From Vitrella brassicaformis CCMP3155 (lineage: Eukaryota > Protista > Chromerida), in NCBI GenBank assembly GCA_001179505.1, contig CDMY01000899.1, positions 1-12,323 of the forward strand: a DNA stretch of 12,323 nt, read 5' to 3'. Each line of letters begins with the position of its first letter. Position 1 is the first letter of the stretch. A program made the translations under genes and the position numbers. The notes under the pieces were generated by a model, which worked only from the letters and a program-made list of their open reading frames with translations, ran no database searches and had not been told where the DNA came from. Below are positions 1 to 7,707 of this stretch, in pieces.

Positions 1-2494
1 ATGGTGAAGGTGGCGCCTCTCAGCCTGCACCCCCTACGCGTCGTATTCGCGGGAGGGGTCGCGGTAGAGGAGCGGACGGAGCTTCACGGGGCGCCCGAGG
101 CAGGGGTGGCTTTCTACCCCCGCCGCCGCCCGGCATACCATCCGGTGACCCGGGAGATGGCAGGTCAGGGGATGGTGACTCGAGCGGCAATGGCCCGCCC
201 CCAAACGGAGGAGGACCTCCTCCTCCCCCAGATCCGCCGTCTGACCCGCCCCATGATGCCCACTGGTTCCGCTCAAGAGGGATTTTCCCGCAGCGTGGGC
301 TTGACTACCTTCGAGGCCTCAGCGCCGAGCAGCGAGATGACCACTTTAAGCTGGGCGTCCGCACTATATCCCGTATGCCCGGGTGTGTCCGGGATGCACT
401 CAAGATGGTGGTTGACACCACCGAGAAGTACGTGAAGAGCGAGGAGGATTCGGATATCGGCTGCCTGACTGCTATCTTTTTGCCGACATGCTCCTCTTCC
501 CGATGAATCGCGGTAGGACGGATGGCCGCCGCAAGTGGGGCACCCGATTTCAGCGGTTGGCTGGAGAGTGGCAAGGACTGCTCGACGAGTCCAAGAATTT
601 TGCTCAGCAGGGTCGCCACGTATTCGCTCCACATGGCGATGGACCAGTGAGAGACGTGCGTGAACCATCATTGGAGGAGATCAAACTGCAAGCGACGGAG
701 CGACTGGTGAAGCAGGGGGAGCTGTCACGTGCGGCAAGGCGGCTGACGGCTGCTAAAGTCGCTCCAGCGACAGCTGCAACACTCCAGCAGCTCAAAGACC
801 TACACCCTGCTGCCCCGTCGCCTACCAAGCCGCAGCCCCAGCACAGCCCGGATGGGCTGCCCACGCTTCTCACTGTCCCACCCAGGGTTTTATCGGCTGC
901 CCTCAAGACGGCGTCATGAGGATCCGCAGCTGGCCCTACAGGTTGGCGGTACGAGCACCTGCGTTCTTGCATGGCAGAGGGTGACGCAACGGCGCAAGAC
1001 CAGACCGTCGCCCTACCCTCTCTTGTCAATCGGATGCTCCGCTTGAGATATGCCGGACAGCTGCACTAAGACTCCTTCGGCCGCCCGCCTTTTTGCTTTG
1101 ATGAAAGACAACGGACGGGTCCTGCCGATCGCTGTAGGTGATGTGCTTTAAAGATGGGTGACGAAGGCGGTTTGTATCGAGAGCAAACTTGCCTTCAGGG
1201 AGGAATTTTCACCCCTGCAGTTTGCGGTCGGTACGTCGGCAGGCGGAGAAAAAGTCTTTCGGGCCTGTCAGACCTTCATGGAGCCGCGACAACTCGGATA
1301 AGCGTGTTTTGGTGACTTTGGATTGCAGAACGCCTTCAACAGCATCGACCGCCAGGCAATCCTCGACGAGCTCGGCACAAAGTGGCCGTCCTTTCTCGAC
1401 TTCTTTTGGCAGTTCTACGGTACCCCGGCTGAACTGTGGTATTGCATGGAGGATGGACGCACAGAGACCATCCTTAGTCATGAGAGCATCCAGAAGGGCG
1501 ATGCGGCGGGCCTTTTTCTCTTCTGCCTAGGCCTCCACCCCGCTCTCGCTGAAGTGCAAGAGGAGTTCTCCGACGACTTTATTGGTACGTTCATGCACGA
1601 CATCGATGGTGGACTGGACAAGACACGTGTGACGCGGTATGTGGACAGAGCTGAGCAGCTTCTGGCTGAGAAGAAACTGAGGCTGCGAAGAGACAAGAGT
1701 GCTGCATGAAGCCCCCGCTAGCAACAAGACTCCGACGTCCCGGCGGACATCGCCGTTTGCAGCGTGAAGTGTTCCTTTGGGGGCATCACTGTCCTCGGCT
1801 GCTGCTTGGCGCCAACTCTTTCATTCAGCGCAGCCTCGAGAAGATCACCACTAGCTACCAGCCGCTGCTCGAGCCAATCGTGACCTTTGCCCAAATAGGC
1901 TTGCAGGGCTCTGGCCTTCTCCGCTATTGTGCATCCCCTCGGCTACACTATTGGCTGCGCCTCCTCCCGCCAGACTCCGATGTCTCCCTGGCAGCCGCCG
2001 AGCGACATGACGCCGCCATCATTATGGCATTCAGGCGCATGTTCTGCTTCCCTAGCGACTTCCCTGACTCGGTTTCCGCCCAAGTGCAGCTGCCCATCCG
2101 GCTGGAAGGCTTTAGCCTTATCTCTTCAACCACAATTGCCCGTGCGGCTTTTCTCGGCTCGGTCGGAGTGACGGCATTTGATGTCTCTGGCCATTTCCGC
2201 GGAGCACTATGGATGCCTCGGGGTAGGCCCGTTGCTCTACTGGACCTGCCCTGGCTTCAAGGAGCGAGTGACCGATCAGCTGCATAAATTCCACTTCAAC
2301 AAGCTCTTCAACTCCCGCCCGACAGCAGAGCCCGAGCCCGTCTCTTGAGCTGCCAAGAGCCTCTCTCGTTCGGTTGGTTGTCCGCAATCCATTTCAGTGA
2401 CACCAAGGCGCTAAACAACTTCCAGTATCGCCATGCCATCGCGGAGTGTCTCGACGTTAGCCTCCCGTACGCAACCGTCTTGCAGCGATACACC
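1..2494 (+). mobile_element. Decayed RLE-type (CRE/R2-like) non-LTR retrotransposon, copy A; 5' end outside window, 3' truncated before the zinc knuckle and endonuclease
   Basis: Stitched translation gives ordered RT motifs: GSAAGPTGWRYEHL (920-961), RLFALMKDNGRVLPIAVGD (~1075-1143), PLQFAVG, VTLDC-NAFNS (~1312-1343), QKGDAAGLFLFCL, FMHD (1590-1601), ITVLGC, QLPIRLEGFSL, LLSC...GWLSAI. Multiple stops and frameshifts. Homology to element B stops at ~2494. Confidence 0.92.
3..2494 (+). pseudogene. Pseudogenised single ORF of copy A (RGG/Pro-rich N-terminus plus reverse transcriptase)
   Basis: Lesions: frameshift at T5 run 477-481, TGA 917-919, frameshift ~1045, TAA 1149-1151, compensating frameshifts ~1283/~1329, TGG>TGA 1707-1709 followed by a TAG, further frameshifts, ~100-nt deletion at ~2264 relative to B, and catalytic DD changed to HD. 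Confidence 0.9.
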
Positions 2495-2535
2495 AAGGCG
2501 AATACGAAAAGGCACGTGGCCTTGGCGAACCGGGC

Positions 2536-2587
2536 TATCGGCGACCCATGATAACATGCAGGCTAGCTGGGATTATCGGCGACCCAT
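2536..2587. repeat. 14-bp direct repeat TATCGGCGACCCAT (2536-2549 and 2574-2587)
   Basis: Exact match read directly from the sequence, just downstream of the truncation point of copy A. Confidence 0.85.
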
Positions 2588-2849
2588 TTATATGAAGGCA
2601 AAGGCAAAGAGACAGGCAGCAGAGGCAGCAAAGTCAGTCAGCGCTCTCAGTCCGTCGGAATAAGGAACAGAGAGTGGACTCGTAAAACAGATACCGAATA
2701 CCCAACATATGTTGAGTTTTCTGAAGAGGTACTCTCTTCACCGCAAACGGTGCGCCAAGTGTTTTAGAAACACAGGCCAATTGAATTGTGGGCATCTCTC
2801 TTGACCTCTATCGAAAGGCAGATCGATCAACGATAGATGCTTGGTAAAT

Positions 2850-3149
2850 NNNNNNNNNNNNNNNNNNNNNNNNNNNNNNNNNNNNNNNNNNNNNNNNNNN
2901 NNNNNNNNNNNNNNNNNNNNNNNNNNNNNNNNNNNNNNNNNNNNNNNNNNNNNNNNNNNNNNNNNNNNNNNNNNNNNNNNNNNNNNNNNNNNNNNNNNNN
3001 NNNNNNNNNNNNNNNNNNNNNNNNNNNNNNNNNNNNNNNNNNNNNNNNNNNNNNNNNNNNNNNNNNNNNNNNNNNNNNNNNNNNNNNNNNNNNNNNNNNN
3101 NNNNNNNNNNNNNNNNNNNNNNNNNNNNNNNNNNNNNNNNNNNNNNNNN
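2850..3149. other. Assembly gap (300 N placeholder)
   Basis: Exactly 300 N, the same size as the other two gaps. Confidence 0.99.
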
Positions 3150-4395
3150 TGAGCGCAATCATCATATACACACACTCCAAGTCCAAACGTGCATGCGCAG
3201 GTGTGCGTACAAAGACATTCATCATATACACGCAGGTGTGCGCACAGAGACAATCATCATACACTTTAAGTCCAAACTTGTATGCGCAGCTGTGCGCATA
3301 GAGACATCCATCATCATATGCACACAGTCCAAGTCCAAATGTGCATGCACAGGTGTGTCCAAATGTGCATGCACAGGTGTGCGCATGGAGACATTCATCA
3401 TATACATATGCACACAGTCTATGCACAGGTGTGCGCACGGAGACATTCATCATATACACACACTCCAAGAAGACCAAATGTCGCGAGGATATCCGCGACT
3501 CCCACATGTCCTTCTGCCCTCTGGTGGTGACCTGTAACGCTGTGTGGGGGCATGACGCCAACGTATTCATCGCCCACATGGCCCGTGCGCTGATGGAGAA
3601 GGAGCAATGGAAGGGTCGGGGGTCGGATCATGTGTCTGGCTGGATTCGCTCGCGTTTGTTGACTGCTCTCGTGCGTGCTACTGGCTATTGTTTGCGTGGG
3701 GGTGGGAGGGCGTTTGGTGGACTGGGTTGTTATGATGGGGCTCAGATCGATTCCTCCCCTTGGATTGGTGTGTTATCGGGCGTAATGATTCGTGTATGAT
3801 TCGGACACAAAGATGATTGTTATGGTGAATGAAGGTTGACCTATACACACTCTCCAGGTCGACGCGTGTATGCGCAGGTGTGCGCACAGAGACACCCATC
3901 GTACGTACACTCCAAGTCCAAACGTGGATGCGCAGGTGTGCGCACAGGGACATTCATTATGTACACACACTTCAAGTCTAAACATGCGTGCACAGGTGTG
4001 CGCAAAGGGACATTCATCAGATGCACATTCATCATATACAGACACTCCTCCAAGTCGACTCGTGCATGCGCAGGTGTGCGCACAGAGACACCCATCAACC
4101 ATACACACTCCAAGTCCAAATGTGCATGCGCAAGTGTGCGCACCGAAACATTCGGTGTGCGCACAGACACGTTCGTCATATACACCCGCTCTTTCAAGTC
4201 GACGCGTGTATGCGCAGGTGTGCTCACCGAGGAGTTCGGTGTGCGCACGGAGACATTCATCATACACGGAGACATTTATCATATACACCCACTCCTCCGA
4301 GTCGACGCGTGCATGCGCAGGTGTGCGCACAGAGACACCCATCATACACACACACACTCCAAGTCCAAATGTGCATGCGCAGGTGTGCGCACACA
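3150..4395. repeat. ~60-bp minisatellite/satellite array (consensus approx. GACATTCATCATATACACACACTCCAAGTCCAAATGTGCATGCGCAGGTGTGCGCACAGA), interrupted at 3470-3841
   Basis: About 15-17 full and partial units with conserved core TGCATGCGCAGGTGTGCGCAC. Includes a perfect 24-bp internal tandem duplication (3334-3381). The array runs into the gap on the left, so its true size is unknown. Confidence 0.93.
3470..3841 (+). mobile_element. Extremely 5'-truncated 3' fragment of a distinct RLE non-LTR (CRE-like) element, D, inserted in the satellite
   Basis: Frame reads KKTKC...SFCPLVVTCNAVWGHDANVFIAHMARALMEKEQW...VSGWIRSRLLTALVRATGYCLRG* (stop 3797-3799). This matches the C-terminal pattern of CRE-clade RLE domains (K..KY...F.PLV....G.WG..A...LA......W.R.RL..A..RA...CLRG), followed by a short 3' UTR. 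Satellite sequence resumes at 3842. Confidence 0.8.
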
Positions 4396-5891
4396 GATAT
4401 TCCCCATATGGCGTGAATGTTGAAGTTCGCCGTTGCTGTGTGTTTGTCGTTTGTTCCTTGAAATTTGTCGGCTTGCTCTGACGCATTCATGTCCACCAGC
4501 AGACTCTGTCTTCACCTTCATTGTGCATACATGTACATCAGCCGCGCGAGGGGGGTGGGTGCTTGGCGGGGGTTTTCGCTAGCCGCAGCCATTATATTTC
4601 GTCCATGCATCAATCATGTCATCACAGCGATTCATACATGTCTCTGAGCCGGAGAGAGTGTGCGTGTGTGATGTGTGTATGTGTGTGTGTGCGCGAGAGC
4701 ATTGGCGGGCAGATAAGACAGGTTGATATTATGATGACATACATCGAAAGGGAGAGACATTGACACTTGGACACTGAAAGCTAATGCGAAACGTCGACGT
4801 CAATTAGTCAATGTCTGATGAACAAAGCCATCATGCATTGTTGAACGCATGATCGATGACCGGGCCGTCACCCTATGCATCCACACATGTACACATGCAG
4901 GTGGTCACGTGCATCCATGCATCCACCATCAAGAATCTCTGCATGTCTCATGCAGTCGGTGTTCTATATATGCGTGCGATCGATGCATCCAAGAAAGGCA
5001 AACATCACACCCACATCATCCATGCATTCGCCTTGTTTCTTGACCGAGCACGTCATACAAAATACATTTATAAACGCCACCCACCTACCTCGCGTCCGTG
5101 GTCGAATATGGCGTTGACGAAGGCACTGCATGTGAGACTTGCAAGAATCCATGTGTCATGATGCCGATTGGACGCACAAGGCGGCACCCTCCGTGACATG
5201 CTTTGACTGCATGATAGAGAGTCCTGTCATCACCTGACTGAGACACGCATCCGTGATGTGGCATCATTCATTGCGTGTGCAATGATTGATACATGGATGA
5301 AAGAAAACGGCGACTGCTTGAGAAGGGCATGTTATCACTAGTAGCGCAACCATGACGAGAACTTTCCTATCGTGTATACGCACAGCATCCATACCTACTT
5401 TCTCGAATACATGCCGGCATATTTGTTGTGTATTTGAGCCACGACATATAGGCCACTCATCAGATAAGGCAACAGTGGAGCTGGGACTTTTGCAGGTATA
5501 TTCGATCAATTGAATGCTCTCACCCTAGTGTTCCCCCTCTCTGATACCAAGTAGGCAGCGGCGGAAGAGACGAGCACTGCATACGCGGATCAGGGTGAAT
5601 CTATCCATGCTATTTGGACTCTGGAGAAACGGCAGGAACGGCTTCAGCGTCAAGAAACAGCCCACCAGAGGCTGTACATGCAGTGATAGTGTCTGTATGC
5701 ACCATCCCACTTGGGCCAAGACTGGCCGGTCGGTTGAGTAGGTTGTATCTAGAAAGAGAAAAACGCCTAGCTGCGAGCAACGACAGGTGCGTCTGAGAAA
5801 ATTCCCCCCCGCCCTGACGTCCAGCCATCGTGACAGCGACCACACAGGCATGCACGGTTCGCATGAGTGGCGACCACTTTGAAACGGAGAC

Positions 5892-6191
5892 NNNNNNNNN
5901 NNNNNNNNNNNNNNNNNNNNNNNNNNNNNNNNNNNNNNNNNNNNNNNNNNNNNNNNNNNNNNNNNNNNNNNNNNNNNNNNNNNNNNNNNNNNNNNNNNNN
6001 NNNNNNNNNNNNNNNNNNNNNNNNNNNNNNNNNNNNNNNNNNNNNNNNNNNNNNNNNNNNNNNNNNNNNNNNNNNNNNNNNNNNNNNNNNNNNNNNNNNN
6101 NNNNNNNNNNNNNNNNNNNNNNNNNNNNNNNNNNNNNNNNNNNNNNNNNNNNNNNNNNNNNNNNNNNNNNNNNNNNNNNNNNNNNNNNNNN
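5892..6191. other. Assembly gap (300 N placeholder)
   Basis: Exactly 300 N; it interrupts the predicted minus-strand gene. Confidence 0.99.
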
Positions 6192-6941
6192 ACAATTACA
6201 TGTCCCGCCGTGTGCCCCCTTGTCTTCCCAAGTGCAAGTCTCTGCGATTTACCGGTGTGAATCTCCTCGTCGTCCTTTCGCTGAACATAACACCAGAGAA
6301 CAAATGATCCCTTCCCTCCTTCTGAGGTACCCCTGCCTGTTGCCGTCGTACTCACCTCGTACGTGCGGATTTGGACACCCTTGAACTTTTCATACGTGTC
6401 AATTGTCTGAGATAGCTGCTGTTCGGGCGTCAGCTCCGCGCGATTCAGGCTCCTGGCGTCCACGTTGCCCGACACTGTGTAGACTCTATTAGCAAACACA
6501 CGATAGATCATGTGTTCCGTACCACAGCCAACATAGCCTGCAACATTCGGGACAGACATGAGGATGCCTCTCATTGGTCGTGCGCCCCATTCACACTCTG
6601 CATCTGCCCCTCATCGTCACCTTTGTCGGGTGCAGTCATCCCACTGTCCCTCCAGCCCGTGACCAATGAGGCGTGACCGGTGCACGTGCCAAGCTTCCAT
6701 TCGGTCTCAATCGGCCTGTCTTCAAGCGTTGGAGACAGATCGTTGACCCCATCTACACATGTACACGTGTACACACAGACACACACCACGTACAGCCTGT
6801 GTCTTTGTGCATATATATTGTACTAGTTGTGCATTCTGTGCAGTCAGGCAGCGTACCAATCCAGGGCGCAGCAGTGGCAGGTGACACCGCCAAGGCTAGC
6901 AAGACCACTGTGACATACAGAAGATGGAGCTGCATCGTCAA
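6192..6941 (-). CDS. Predicted multi-exon gene for a secreted (signal-peptide) protein of unknown function; 3' part lost in the gap
   Basis: Proposed exons: 6941-6857, 6752-6621, 6537-6523, 6474-6356, 6280 to the gap. Introns: 104 nt (GTACGC..TAG), 83 nt (GTGACG..CAG), 48 nt (GTACGG..CTAAT..CAG) and 75 nt (GTGAGT..CAG); all phases are compatible. Product: MTMQLHLLYVTVVLLALAVSPATAAPWIDGVNDLSPTLEDRPIETEWKLGTCTGHASLVTGWRDSGMTAPDKGYVGCVSGNVDARSLNRAELTPEQQLSQTIDTYEKFKGVQIRTYERKDDEEIHTGKSQRLALGKTRGHTAGHVI... The N-terminus has a hydrophobic core and an A-x-A-type cleavage site. Introns 3 and 4 are in-frame, so retention cannot be excluded. Confidence 0.62.
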
Positions 6942-7379
6942 TCAGGGAGAGGAAGGAGGTGAAGGGAAACAAGAGAGTGGGTGTACGGAAAATGCAGCCG
7001 TTGCCGCCGGCAGCAACGGCGACAACGGCTGCAGTTGCGATCTCCCACGACTGCTTCTTCCCTTCCTGTCCTTCTCCTCTGATGACGATGCAGCTCCATC
7101 TTCTGCGTGTCACAGTGGTCGCCCCTGCTGGCCTCGCCGCCACTGCTGAACCCTGGATTGGTACGCTGCCTTCCTGCACAGAATGCACATCAACTGCAAT
7201 ATGTACAACTGTATGCACAAAAACAGGCTGTAGACGTGGTGTTTGTCACTGTGTGTGTATACGTCTGACGGGGTCAACGACCTCCTGCATGAGGTCCTTC
7301 AAGACAGGCCAATTGAGACCGAATGGAAGCTTGGCACGTGCACCGGTCACGTCTCATTTCACGGGCTGGAGGGATAGTG
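6642..7379. repeat. 738-bp inverted repeat (fold-back palindrome) centred at ~7013
   Basis: Arms ~6642-7003 and ~7023-7379 are reverse complements. They include a perfect 40-bp block (6672-6711 vs 7312-7351), a perfect 20-bp block (6847-6866 vs 7151-7170) and a perfect 11-bp central stem TGCAGCCGTTG/CAACGGCTGCA around a 19-nt loop. Confidence 0.96.
7082..7377 (+). pseudogene. Truncated inverted paralogue of the secreted-protein gene (exon 1, intron 1, most of exon 2)
   Basis: MTMQLHLLRVTVVAPAGLAATAEPWI|GTACGC donor at 7161 is conserved. The homologous acceptor is CTG instead of YAG (7265-7267). Exon 2 homologue DGVNDLLHEVLQDRPIETEWKLGTCTGHVS has a 2-nt indel giving TAG at 7375-7377. The signal-peptide core is degraded. 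Confidence 0.68.
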
Positions 7380-7399
7380 TTAAGGTAGATGCATGAAAG

Positions 7400-7707
7400 G
7401 GCGACGAAGTTCGTCCAATCCTCAAAGACAATCAACCAAAGAAAAACTCTGAAACCACACGTCAGGCAAACCGATACGAACGAAGCGAAAAAGCACAAGT
7501 GCAATCGAAAACAAAGACACACAAGTACATACAAGCAGTCCAAGGCAATCAAACAAACCGAGGCAGAACTCACAGACGCATCACCAGCGGACAAGCACGC
7601 TGACACACAGCATGTCCACGACACGCACACAGACAAGCACCAAATACATGCACTCCTGCGCAGGAGACACGCAGCAAAGTGAACACGGCAAGCATCAATC
7701 TGCCAGA
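7400..7707 (-). other. A/C-rich low-complexity tract, probably the 3' UTR of element B (U/G-rich as RNA)
   Basis: Lies directly downstream of the element B stop on the minus strand with strong strand asymmetry. No poly(A) tail or TSD was seen, so the boundary is uncertain. Confidence 0.45.

Noticed and set aside
470-505. Programmed -1 ribosomal frameshift at the T5 run shared by A and C
   Set aside because: It is not a canonical XXXYYYZ heptamer (only five U, and the last base differs between copies), and three other clearly inactivating lesions are also shared, so inherited decay is simpler.
1700-1725. RIP- or APOBEC-type hypermutation (TGG>TGA, TGG>TAG, CGA>TGA, CAG>TAG stops)
   Set aside because: Too few events with inconsistent dinucleotide context; ordinary transition decay explains them.
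2567-2767. Stop-free 66-codon stretch after copy A
   Set aside because: No start codon, no recognisable motif, and the length is compatible with chance.
2772-2784. 13-nt match ACAGGCCAATTGA to the palindrome arm (7304-7316)
   Set aside because: About the length expected by chance in a 12-kb self-comparison; no flanking homology.
3150-4395. CRISPR-like array (palindromic conserved core with variable intervening sequence)
   Set aside because: The intervening segments are homologous to each other rather than unique spacers, unit lengths are irregular, there are no cas genes, and the context is eukaryotic.
3193-4496. Long His/Cys/Thr/Val-rich ORFs on both strands
   Set aside because: They are translations of the satellite (CA/TG-rich, few stops); only the 3470-3799 portion has protein motifs.
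4540-4585. Helitron-like 3' end (GC-rich stretch then CTAG)
   Set aside because: No convincing subterminal hairpin, CTAG is not followed by T, and no 5' TC end was identified.
4816-4847. Hammerhead ribozyme cores at CTGATGA (4816, 7079, 7754)
   Set aside because: None has a correctly closed stem II followed by GAAA with stems I and III; two lie in coding or antisense-coding sequence.
5525-6574. 349-aa ORF, and other ORFs spanning N runs
   Set aside because: Artefacts of translating through placeholder gaps; only the part right of the gap is used in the gene model.
7172-7260. Defensin-like Cys-rich peptide (CTECTSTAICTTVCTKTGCRRGVCHCVC) after a signal peptide
   Set aside because: It lies in the predicted TG-rich intron 1. 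The Cys pattern is not kept in frame in the other arm, whereas the spliced frame is conserved. It would be revived only if transcripts retain the intron.
6642-7379. MITE or foldback DNA transposon interpretation of the palindrome
   Set aside because: No target-site duplication at the ends, and the arms carry exon-intron structure that continues into unique gene sequence on the left.
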